Assembly: GCA_036267635.1 (NCBI GenBank)
Contig: DATAVR010000089.1
Location: 65,034-129,033 of the forward strand
Direction of reading: 5' to 3'
Source of the DNA: Polyangia bacterium
Lineage (GTDB): Bacteria > Myxococcota_A > Polyangia > Fen-1088
DNA length: 64,000 bases
Shown here: positions 25,501-35,800 of the stretch, piece after piece
How positions within the stretch are numbered: the stretch's first letter is position 1
Layout: the number at the start of each line of letters is the position of its first letter
The notes under the pieces: model-generated
Databases searched by the model: none
Told to the model about the DNA's origin: nothing
What the model saw: the letters and a program-made list of their open reading frames with translations, nothing else
Made by a program: the position numbers and the translations under genes

Positions 25501-26664
25501 ATGAAGGCCCTCCGTCGCCCGGTTGGCGGCTGCGTGTTTCTGTTTGCCTCGCTGTTGTTGGGCTGCGCGCCCAACGTCGGGGGCGGCCCGGGAACCGGAG
25601 GAGAATCGGGAGGGTCGGGAGGATCGGGAGGATCAGGAGGATCGGGAGGATCAGGAGGATCGGGTGGTAGCCAAACCGGCGCCGGCGGCACGACCAGCAC
25701 AGGTGGTGCGACGGGCACCGGCGGCGCGACCGGTACGGGTGGTTCGAGCGCGACGGGCACCGGCGGCGCGGCCGGGACCGGCGGCCAGGGAGGCACGACC
25801 GGCACGATCGGGACCGGCGGCACCATCGCCACCGGGGGCGCCGGCGGCCACGGCGGGACGACGGGCACGGGCGGTTCGACCGCCACCGGTGGCGCCACGG
25901 GCACGGGCGGCGTCACGGGCACCGGCGGCGCCACGGGCACCGGCGGCGCAACGGGCACCGGCGGGACGACCGCGACGGGCGGCGCGACCGGCACGGGCGG
26001 CGTCACGGGCACCGGCGGCACCGTCGGCGGGCCGATCGATCTGACCGGCCGCAAGGCGCTGCTGGTCGTCGACGAGCCGACCGGCATGAGCGACGGTGAG
26101 ACGATCGTCGAAGAGACGTTGGAGGAGCGCGGCCTGGTCGTCACCGTCGGTGCGTCGACCGGGCCGGCCTCGCTGGCCGCAGGACAGAACGTGGTCGTCG
26201 TTTCGGACTCGTCGGGCGCGGGCGACTTCGTGCCGATCTTCGGCGGCGTCGCCGTTCCGATGATCGTGTTCGGCAACTCCGCTTTTCAGACGCTCGGCTG
26301 GACGGCCTCGTCGTCGGCCAAGGGGACCGTCTCCAGCACCACCAATGTCAGCGTGGTGAACGTGTCGACGTCGCTCTCGTCCGATCTGACGGCCGGTCTC
26401 AGCTTCCCGATGATCCTCTCGACGCAGAGCACGTCGCTCTACTGGGGGGCGCCGGGCGGCGCGCCGATCGCGGTGGCGTCGATCATGGGCTCGGCAACCG
26501 AGCTCATCGACTTCGCTTACGAAAAAGGGACCGCCACGGCGACCGGGACCGCGCCGGCGCGCCGGGTGGGGCTCGGTTGGAAGACGAACGCCGTCCAGAA
26601 CCTGACCATCGACGGCTTCAAGTTGTTCAGCGCGGCCATTGATTGGACCGCCGGGAGCAATTGA
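25501..26664 (+). CDS. Lipoprotein with a long GSG/GTG linker and a ~200-aa C-terminal domain of unknown function
   Basis: MKALRRPVGGCVFLFASLLLGC lipobox. High GC3. The stop lies 2 nt before the next gene. Confidence 0.7.
   Translation: MKALRRPVGGCVFLFASLLLGCAPNVGGGPGTGGESGGSGGSGGSGGSGGSGGSGGSQTGAGGTTSTGGATGTGGATGTGGSSATGTGGAAGTGGQGGTTGTIGTGGTIATGGAGGHGGTTGTGGSTATGGATGTGGVTGTGGATGTGGATGTGGTTATGGATGTGGVTGTGGTVGGPIDLTGRKALLVVDEPTGMSDGETIVEETLEERGLVVTVGASTGPASLAAGQNVVVVSDSSGAGDFVPIFGGVAVPMIVFGNSAFQTLGWTASSSAKGTVSSTTNVSVVNVSTSLSSDLTAGLSFPMILSTQSTSLYWGAPGGAPIAVASIMGSATELIDFAYEKGTATATGTAPARRVGLGWKTNAVQNLTIDGFKLFSAAIDWTAGSN
25590..26030. repeat. Low-complexity (GGSGGS)n then (GGxTGT)n coding repeat
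   Basis: Read directly. Confidence 0.85.
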
Positions 26665-26666
26665 CC

Positions 26667-28841
<2,175 letters not shown>

Positions 28842-28850
28842 CCGGCGCGG

Positions 28851-29351
28851 TCAGCCGCCGCGCTGTCCCGCCGTGTCGAAGGCGGCGGTCAAGCGCTGGG
28901 CCATCTCTTTCACCGTCTGGTCGAAGGCGGCCCCCCGCTGCGAAGAATAGAGACGCGGCAGGCCGCCGATCGGCTCGGGCGACAGCGCCTCCAGCTCGAA
29001 CCCGCAGGCTCCGCCGTTGTGTGGTCCGCGGTCGGTGAGCCAGACGCCGATCCCCCATCCGAGGCCGACCGCCGGGGTCGACGTCATCTGGGCGGGCGGG
29101 CTGACCCGCGGCGTGTAGAAGAGATCGGGACCGAGCACGTTGTTCATCCGCACGTAGGCGGAGTCGAAGAAGACCCGATCGGCGGTGCGCGCGCAGTCGA
29201 GCGCCGTCGCCGCCGTGAGGACGCTGAGACGCAGCGGCGTGGCCTCGTAGCAGGCGGTCGAGGAGAGCGAGACGAGCGCGGGCGCCGCCAACGCCGCGCG
29301 GAGCGCCCACCGCTGGCGTCGAACCGGTCTCCTGTGGCGCGATGAATCCAA
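28851..29351 (-). CDS. Hypothetical lipoprotein
   Basis: ALVSLSSTAC lipobox-like signal. 166-aa ORF downstream of the hemerythrin gene on the same strand. Confidence 0.5.
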   Translation of the reverse strand: MDSSRHRRPVRRQRWALRAALAAPALVSLSSTACYEATPLRLSVLTAATALDCARTADRVFFDSAYVRMNNVLGPDLFYTPRVSPPAQMTSTPAVGLGWGIGVWLTDRGPHNGGACGFELEALSPEPIGGLPRLYSSQRGAAFDQTVKEMAQRLTAAFDTAGQRGG

Positions 29352-29450
29352 GCCGCGGTTCCGTTTCCAGGAACGATTTTATCCGAGGCGCGGCTCGCTG
29401 GCGATGGGCGATCGGCGACGTCATGGCAGAGGCGGCCGGCGCGCGTCGGC

Positions 29451-30155
29451 TCACCGCGGCGTGAACTGCGCCAGGTCGTGGATGCCGAGCGCCTTCTCCA
29501 GATCGGCGACATCCCTCAGAGATCCTTCGAATCCCCCGCCGCCGAGGAGCTTGTGCTCCTGCCCCTCGAACTGATCCCCCAGCCGATCCAGCTCAGCCTT
29601 GTTGAAAAGGCCGCGGTAGATCGGGAAGAGCTCGGTGTCCTCCCAGGCCGCGTGCGGGGCATACATGCGGACGAAGCTCTGCATGTGGTTGACGAGCGCC
29701 TGCCGCTGGTCCGTACCGGCAGCCTTGCCGGTTTTGCCGCCCTTGGTGCCCTGGAGGATGGCGTCGGTCACTTTGCGGCCAGCGCCATGCTGGACCCGGA
29801 GCACGGTCGTCAGCTCGATGAGCTTGCCCGCCTTCTCCAGCGTGGGGAACACGAACTGCTCCTCCAGCTTCTCGTGGTACCCCTCCACGAACCGGTGCAC
29901 CACGTTCGCCGCGCCGGCGATGACGTCCAGCACGGTGTCGTCGGAGGACGGCAGCCGGCGGGCCGCTTCCTCGTAGACCAGCAGGATCCGGCGCAGGACA
30001 CCGTGCTCGCGCATCAGATCCTCGGTCGGAGGCACGTCGCCGTTCTTGTCTGGTGCGGCGGCGCCCGCGGGGTTCGCGCCCCCCGCCAGGAGAGCGAGGC
30101 TCGCCGCCGTCGTCTGCTTCAAAAACGCCCGTCGCCCGTCGTCTCGATGCCCCAT
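29451..30155 (-). CDS. Tat-exported hemerythrin-domain protein
   Basis: In-frame ATG 30155 gives MGHRDDGRRAFLKQTTAASLALLAG. Hemerythrin-like segments: LMREHGVLRRIL...HEKLEEQFVFP...HAAWEDTELFP. Confidence 0.8.
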   Translation of the reverse strand: MGHRDDGRRAFLKQTTAASLALLAGGANPAGAAAPDKNGDVPPTEDLMREHGVLRRILLVYEEAARRLPSSDDTVLDVIAGAANVVHRFVEGYHEKLEEQFVFPTLEKAGKLIELTTVLRVQHGAGRKVTDAILQGTKGGKTGKAAGTDQRQALVNHMQSFVRMYAPHAAWEDTELFPIYRGLFNKAELDRLGDQFEGQEHKLLGGGGFEGSLRDVADLEKALGIHDLAQFTPR

Positions 30156-30215
30156 GGATTGCAATATAGGTGCGGCGCTCGCACCGGCAAACCGGTGCCG
30201 GATATACCGGCGGCG

Positions 30216-30771
30216 ATGCCCGAGCGCCCCTCGAACCCCGCGACCGACTCCACACTGGCGTCGGTTCCGGGCGCGCCGCCGGTCGGGGCGAGCGCGGCGC
30301 TGCGGCCCGGGACGATCGTGGCCGAGAGCTACCAGGTGACGCGCCTCCTCGGGCAGGGGGGGATGGGCGCCGTCTGGGAAGCCAAGCACCTCCGGCTTCC
30401 CGACAAGCGGGTGGTGGTCAAGGTGCTGCTGTTCGGGACGACCGACGCGGTGACGTTGGCGCGGTTCCGGCGCGAGGCGGAGATCGCCTCGCGGCTCGGT
30501 CATCCGAACATCGTCCAGGTCCTCGACTTCAACACGCTGCCGGACGGCGCGGGTCATCGTTCCGTTCGACGACGCCGGCGATCTGCCGCCCGGGACCGAC
30601 TGGCCCAAGGTGGCGAACGGTGCGCGTTATGTGGCGAGCATCTCCGTCGACGCGGGCGCGCAGACGGTCACCCTGGTCGGTCAGGGCGACGCCAGCGCGA
30701 CCGTCACCTGGGCCGAGCTGCACATCGATCAGCCCTTCGCGGCGGCGGTCGACGCCGCCGCTCAGCCCTGA
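30216..30771 (+). pseudogene. Truncated Hanks kinase (subdomains I-IV only) abutting an unrelated C-terminal coding remnant in the +1 frame
   Basis: The kinase reading YQVTRLLGQGGMGAVWEAKH...VVVKVL...RFRREAEIASRLGHPNIVQVLDFNTLPDG stops making sense at ~30546. The next frame reads RVIVPFDDAGDLPPGTDWPKVANGARYVASISVDAGAQTVTLVGQGDASATVTWAELHIDQPFAAAVDAAAQP with high GC3, ending at TGA 30769-30771. Confidence 0.6.
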
Positions 30772-31424
30772 AGGTCGGGCTCCGCCCACAGACGATATCC
30801 GCCCTTGATCGCGTCGGCGTTGGTGCAGCGCCGGGCGCCCGGGGGGAGCTTCTTGAGGTGCTTGGAGTTGCCGCCGCCCAGGACCAGATCCTCGGTCTCG
30901 AGCGCGATCGCCAAACGGCCGACGACGTCGGCGACGTCGCGCCGCCACTTCTTCTTGCCGTTCCGTTCGAGCCCGCGAAGGCCGACGTAGTCCTCGTAGG
31001 TCGCCTTCTTGTAGGGAAGGTGCGCGAGCTCCATCGGCACCACGACGCCGTCGGCGATCATCGCCGTGCCGAGCCCCGTGCCGAGCCCCAGAAACAGCAT
31101 CCGCCCGCCCTCGTAGGCGCCGAGGGCCTGCATCGCCGCGTCGTTGATCAACTTCACCGGGCGTTCGAAGGCGTGGCTGAAATCGAACTTGGTCCAGCCG
31201 CGCCCCAGGTTGGCGGGCTCGGCGGCGATCTTGCCGCGCTGGACGCGGGTGGGAGCTCCGATGGTGACGACGTCATAATGCCAACCGCTGATGAGATCGC
31301 GCACGCCGAGCACCATCCGGTACGGGGTCAGCCCCGGACCCGACGGCAGCCTGCGTCGCGATCGCTGCCCCGAGGCCTGAACCTTGACGTGGGTCCCGCC
31401 CACGTCGATGACGAGGATCTTCAT
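30762..31424 (-). CDS. ppgK: ROK-family polyphosphate/ATP glucokinase
   Basis: MKILVIDVGGTHVKV, LINDAAMQALG and LGLGTGLGTA. Confidence 0.85.
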   Translation of the reverse strand: MKILVIDVGGTHVKVQASGQRSRRRLPSGPGLTPYRMVLGVRDLISGWHYDVVTIGAPTRVQRGKIAAEPANLGRGWTKFDFSHAFERPVKLINDAAMQALGAYEGGRMLFLGLGTGLGTAMIADGVVVPMELAHLPYKKATYEDYVGLRGLERNGKKKWRRDVADVVGRLAIALETEDLVLGGGNSKHLKKLPPGARRCTNADAIKGGYRLWAEPDLQG

Positions 31425-31530
31425 GTTATTGCAGGGAAACAATCATACGTCATTTGGGCGTTGGCGCGGTTCGGGAGAGGTGGGGTCAAGATCGGCCCGA
31501 AACTGACGAAAAGGCGAGGGGAGGCGGAAG

Positions 31531-32040
31531 ATGGCCATGTTCGCAAAGAAAGAGAACTGGGAGCAGAAGGTTGCGTCGGAGGTTGGTGGTCCAGTGCCCC
31601 CGCCGCCGGTCAAAACGGCATCGCCGAAGTATGGAATCGCCGAGACGATCCAATTGATGCGGTCGCTGCCGGCCGATCAGAACAGCGAGCTGGTCGTGCG
31701 GGTGGTGCGCGCGACGCTCGGGTCGCTCGACGTGAAGCTGCCGGAGATCATCGAGGACGCGACCCGCAAACAGAAGGCGGTGCGCGAGCGCATCGCGGAC
31801 TTCCACGCCAAGAACGCCGAGCTGGAGAAGCAGCTCGAAGCGCACCGCAAGGAGATCGGGACGCTGGAGGCCGATCTGAAGGAGACGACGGAGGTCAAAG
31901 ACCGGCTGATGGCGGCCGAGGCGTCCTCCGTGGTGTCGCTGCCGAGCGCGCTCCCCGGCGGCGCCAACAAGGTCCCGATGACGACGCTCATCGGCACCAG
32001 CGCGCCGCACGACGAGCCGACGCTGATCCCCAAGGCCTAG
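31531..32040 (+). CDS. Hypothetical coiled-coil protein
   Basis: GGAGG RBS, then ATG. 169 aa. Heptad-like region RKQKAVRERIADFHAKNAELEKQLEAHRKEIGTLEADLKE. Confidence 0.6.
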   Translation: MAMFAKKENWEQKVASEVGGPVPPPPVKTASPKYGIAETIQLMRSLPADQNSELVVRVVRATLGSLDVKLPEIIEDATRKQKAVRERIADFHAKNAELEKQLEAHRKEIGTLEADLKETTEVKDRLMAAEASSVVSLPSALPGGANKVPMTTLIGTSAPHDEPTLIPKA

Positions 32041-32083
32041 CCGCGGTCCCTGAGGCCGTCCAACGTCCGTTTAACGTCGTCGG

Positions 32084-33169
32084 CTAAGGCGACAGCGTCA
32101 GCGTGCCGGCATCGAGCGAGACCTCGTAGTAGCCGTGCTGACTCCAGGGGAGCGGGCGGCCGCGCTGAGTCAGCGTGCCGCCGTCCACCTTCACGCGCAG
32201 GAATTTTTCCGGTGGGAAGTGGGGCGGCAGCGTCCAGGTCCAGGTCGTGCTCGCGCCCGAGACGACGGGCGTGAGCGTCGAGACGATCTGCTGCCCACGC
32301 CAGTAAGCGGCCACGTCGACCAGCGTGCCGGTCCAGACGTCGGGGAGCGCCTTGGCGTGGCTCATCGACGCGGTGACGGCGGTGACCGCCACCGGCGCGT
32401 ACCAGATGGCGTCGGTCGGCGTCAGCGTGTGGACCAGGAAGATGACCCACTTGCCGCCCGCGCGCGCGGCCTCGGTGACCCTGTCGAGGCTGGCCGCCCC
32501 GTCGCCGGTGGCGACCATGTGGATCGGCAGGTTGTAGGGATCGGTCTTGTCGTTGGGCGCGATCATTCCACCCGGGACGCCCCGGTTGACGAAGAACCGC
32601 GAGGTGGCGGCGCCGTCATAGCCGGTGTCGCCGAACGGCGATGCCGCGGTCCAGACCGTCTTTTGCGGCGTGTGCTCGACGATGTAGCTGGTGGCCCCGT
32701 CGATCTCGGCGTCGAGCGTGGCGAGCGGCCGGCCAGAGGTGCACCCGCTCAGGTTGGCGTGGCAATGGTGCACGCTGTGGTTGCCGAGCTCGTGGCCGTC
32801 CTTCACCGCGGCCTGCCAGGTGGCCTCGAAGCCGGGCTCGGCGTCGTTGTTGGTGGTCAGGTAAAACGTCATCGGGACGCCGACGGCGTTCAGCTCGCTG
32901 TAGTGCGCGAGGTGCGACGGCTGCGCGTCGTCGAACGTCCAGCTGACTGCCCCCTTGAACCCGGCCCAGTCGAGCACCGCCAGGTTCGCGGCCGCGCCCG
33001 CCGGGCGGGGAACGCCGGTCGCGGCGGGGACCGGGAGCCCCGAGACCTCGGAGAGGACGCGGACCGGCGGCGGGGCGCTGGCGCTCGACCGGATCGCGGC
33101 GGGTGGCGCGACGGCGGCGCCGCTCGCGCACCCGAGGGTCGTGAGGAGAGCGATCGGCAGGAGCCGCAT
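32084..33169 (-). CDS. Polysaccharide deacetylase (CE4/NodB-type) lipoprotein
   Basis: MRLLPIALLTTLGC, WTFDDAQPSH and ELGNHSVHH. Confidence 0.85.
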   Translation of the reverse strand: MRLLPIALLTTLGCASGAAVAPPAAIRSSASAPPPVRVLSEVSGLPVPAATGVPRPAGAAANLAVLDWAGFKGAVSWTFDDAQPSHLAHYSELNAVGVPMTFYLTTNNDAEPGFEATWQAAVKDGHELGNHSVHHCHANLSGCTSGRPLATLDAEIDGATSYIVEHTPQKTVWTAASPFGDTGYDGAATSRFFVNRGVPGGMIAPNDKTDPYNLPIHMVATGDGAASLDRVTEAARAGGKWVIFLVHTLTPTDAIWYAPVAVTAVTASMSHAKALPDVWTGTLVDVAAYWRGQQIVSTLTPVVSGASTTWTWTLPPHFPPEKFLRVKVDGGTLTQRGRPLPWSQHGYYEVSLDAGTLTLSP

Positions 33170-33179
33170 CGCCGGCAGA

Positions 33180-34802
33180 CTAACGTGATTTGCCGGGGCG
33201 GATGGTCGCGATGTTGGGCGAGGTGGCGCGTCCGTTGGAGCCGACCACGTCCTGGCGGCCGCCGCGCGCCTCGATGTAGTACTGCAGCACCTTCCCCGCG
33301 ATCTTGCCGCCGGGGATCACCGCCGTGTACCACCCCTTCTTCGAGCGGTCCATCGTGCTGACGTTGTAGAGGACGCCGCCCGCGCGGTAGTAGAGCGCGA
33401 TCACCTTGGCGTCGATGCTGGGACGCGGGACGCAGTGGACGTAAAGGTCGGCGCCTGAAGGGACCTCGTCGGGGATGGTGCAGGAGATTGGTTCGGTGAC
33501 GTGCGCGGGGAGGTCTGGTCCATCGGCCAGCTTGTCGTGCGCGGCGCGCTCCTGCTGTTCCTTGGCCTTTCGCTCCGCCTCGCGCGCGTCGGCGTCGCGG
33601 CGCGCGGCGGCCAGCTTCTCCTTGGCCTCGCGCTCCTTCTTCGCCTCGTCGCGCGTGGCGGCGAGCTGCCGGTCGGTGTCGGCCTTCTGCTTGGCGAGAT
33701 CTTGCAGGTTGCGCTTTTCGTCGGCCAGCTGCCGGTCGCTGTCGGCCTTCGCCCGCTCGAGCCTCTCCTTGGCCTCGCGCTCTCTTTTCACCTCGTCGCG
33801 CGCGGCGGCGAGCTGGCGATCGGTGTCGGTCTTCTGCCGGTCGGCGTCGGCCTTCTGTTTGGCGAGATCCTGCAGGTTGCGCTTCTCGTCGGCGAGCTGG
33901 TGCTCGGTCTCCGATTTGTCGTGCGCCAGCTTGTTGTTCGCCTCGCGTTCCTTCTTCTCGCTCGCCTGGCTCGCCACGAGCTGCTTATCCTGGTCCTGCT
34001 TCTCCTTGGTGAGCTGCTGGAGACGCGCCTTGGTGTCGGCGAGCTGCTTGTCCTGGTCCTGCTTCTCCTTGGTGAGCTGCTGGAGGCGCGCCTTGGTGTC
34101 GGCGAGCTGCCTGTCGGTGTCGGCCTTCTCCTTGGCCAGCTCCTGGGCGTGCCCCTTCACGCCGGCCATCGCCTTGTCCTGGTCCTGCTTCTCGCGCTGC
34201 AGCTTCTCCTTCTCGGCCTCCTGCAGGCTCTCGCTCACCTTGGCGGCGGCCAGATCGTCGACCAGCTTCTCCTTGTCCGGATCGCTGCGCGCCGCCTTGG
34301 GGGCCCGGGTCGTTTCGGCCGGCTTGGGCGCGGGGGCCTCTTCGGTCTCTGCAGCCGCTGCCGGCGGCGCGGCTGTCGCCGCCGATTCGCCCTCCTGGTT
34401 CTCGGCCTTGTCGAAGGCCGCCAGCACCGCTTTGGAGGCCATGGTCGGCGGGACCTGGATCGCCGGGCTGATGTCGATCGCCTTGGCGAAATACTTCACC
34501 CCCTGGTCGGTCTCCTTGAGCCCGGCCACCTCGACCACGCCGTAAAGGACGTAGACCTGGGCGACCAGCTTGTTCGAGGCGACGCCATTTTCATCCGCCA
34601 CCTTCAATGCCTGCTGCAGCTGAGCCTGCGTCTTGTCCAGATCGCCGTCGTCATACGCCGCCGCGGCCGCCTGGTAGTGCGCCTTGATCTTGGCGAGGAT
34701 CGCCTTCTGATCGGCGGCCTCGGCCACGAACGCCGTGGTCAGGGCCAACAAAAGGGCGCCCAAGAAGGCAATGGCGAGGGTCTTGCGCGACAGCTGGATC
34801 AT
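33180..34802 (-). CDS. Secreted coiled-coil repeat protein with a globular C-terminal domain
   Basis: Signal peptide, a TPR-like N-terminal region, about 250 aa of K/E/D/Q-rich heptads with internal duplications, and a C-terminal segment PISCTIPDEV...YYIEARG. Confidence 0.75.
   Translation of the reverse strand: MIQLSRKTLAIAFLGALLLALTTAFVAEAADQKAILAKIKAHYQAAAAAYDDGDLDKTQAQLQQALKVADENGVASNKLVAQVYVLYGVVEVAGLKETDQGVKYFAKAIDISPAIQVPPTMASKAVLAAFDKAENQEGESAATAAPPAAAAETEEAPAPKPAETTRAPKAARSDPDKEKLVDDLAAAKVSESLQEAEKEKLQREKQDQDKAMAGVKGHAQELAKEKADTDRQLADTKARLQQLTKEKQDQDKQLADTKARLQQLTKEKQDQDKQLVASQASEKKEREANNKLAHDKSETEHQLADEKRNLQDLAKQKADADRQKTDTDRQLAAARDEVKREREAKERLERAKADSDRQLADEKRNLQDLAKQKADTDRQLAATRDEAKKEREAKEKLAAARRDADAREAERKAKEQQERAAHDKLADGPDLPAHVTEPISCTIPDEVPSGADLYVHCVPRPSIDAKVIALYYRAGGVLYNVSTMDRSKKGWYTAVIPGGKIAGKVLQYYIEARGGRQDVVGSNGRATSPNIATIRPGKSR
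33978..34103. repeat. 63-bp tandem duplication (2 units, 2 mismatches) encoding QLADTKARLQQLTKEKQDQDK
   Basis: Units at 33978-34040 and 34041-34103, read directly. Confidence 0.9.
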
Positions 34803-35042
34803 GCGAATTCGGCGACTGAGTGTACGTGCATTGTCTATTCAGTTGCTCGTCGAACTGAAACGGGCTCGCCAAAAGAATGGTACCCTGCCGAGAGACCGTG
34901 CCCGAGCCAGACGCCGTGACCCGAACGGAGATGATCCGCTTCGTGCGGGCGCGCCGGCGCTGATCCGGCCCTGGTCTAACTTTCCGGCGCCAGCTCGTAA
35001 CTTCGCGCCGCCAGCACGGGTCCACCCGACGGAGGTCAGCTG

Positions 35043-35339
35043 ATGACGAACTTTGTTCGTACGGCCCTGTTCGGTGTGGCGCTCGCCACGTCGTCGCTCG
35101 CGTTCGCGCAAACCACGCCACCGCCTGCGCCGCCGCCGGGCGACGGTGACTCGGGTCCCTTCGCCAAGGTGCGCGAAGCCTGTCACGACGACGTCGAGCG
35201 CTTGTGCAAGGAGGTCGAGCCGGGCGACGGGCGCCTGCGCGAATGCCTGCGCGCGCACAAGGACGAGCTGTCGGAGGGGTGCAAGACGGCCATTCGAGAG
35301 GCCAAGCCGCACCACCACCCACGACGCGACGGCAACTGA
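35043..35339 (+). CDS. Small secreted cysteine-rich-repeat protein
   Basis: Signal peptide ALATSSLAFA. CHDDVERLCKEVEPGDGRLRECLRAHKDELSEGC matches the Cys-rich repeat pattern C..D....C..V.PG.GR...CL. Confidence 0.7.
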   Translation: MTNFVRTALFGVALATSSLAFAQTTPPPAPPPGDGDSGPFAKVREACHDDVERLCKEVEPGDGRLRECLRAHKDELSEGCKTAIREAKPHHHPRRDGN

Positions 35340-35771
35340 GTGAAGGTCGATGTCCCGCCGCGGTCCGAAGTCGTGGCGGAGCGCGCCCGGCATCCCGGCG
35401 ATGTGCTGCTCGTCGAGGATGACGATCTCGTCCGCTACGCGCTCCGCCGCCTGCTGGTGGCGAGTCACCGGCCCTGCCTGGTGACGGCGTCGGTGGAAGA
35501 GGCGCAACAGGTGCTCGCCGCCCACGCACCTTCGTTGGTGCTCACCGATTACAACTTGGCCGGTCACTGGACCGGGATCGACCTCCTGCTCTGGATGCGC
35601 CGGAGCGCGCGCCTGCGCGACATTCCGACGGTGCTCATGACCGGCGGCGATCCCGAAGAGATCCGTGGCCGGCTGGCGGCGGAGGGGCTCGGCGACGTCG
35701 AGGTGATCGCCAAGCCCTTCGAGCCCGGCGAGCTCCTCGCGAAACTGGACCGCGCGCCGCCGACACCCTGA
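35340..35771 (+). CDS. Stand-alone response regulator receiver domain
   Basis: GTG start directly after the upstream stop (TGAGTG). Receiver motifs: VLLVEDDD...LVLTDYNL...MTGG...KPF. Confidence 0.75.
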   Translation: MKVDVPPRSEVVAERARHPGDVLLVEDDDLVRYALRRLLVASHRPCLVTASVEEAQQVLAAHAPSLVLTDYNLAGHWTGIDLLLWMRRSARLRDIPTVLMTGGDPEEIRGRLAAEGLGDVEVIAKPFEPGELLAKLDRAPPTP

Positions 35772-35800
35772 GGTCTCAAACTCAGGACGACGGGCGCGCG

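Noticed and set aside
20440-26030. Regularly spaced short repeats (GGN-ACN, GCN-GGN periodicity) that could be mistaken for CRISPR arrays or minisatellites.
   Set aside because: The periods are 6-18 nt with no unique spacers. All lie inside ORFs and encode G/T/S/A linkers. There are no cas genes.
29478-32087. 869-aa plus-strand ORF spanning the hemerythrin gene, kinase stump, ppgK and the coiled-coil gene.
   Set aside because: Only residues encoded by ~30216-30546 make biological sense (kinase subdomains I-IV). The rest is antisense to well-supported genes. It is treated as a truncated kinase plus an accidental open frame.
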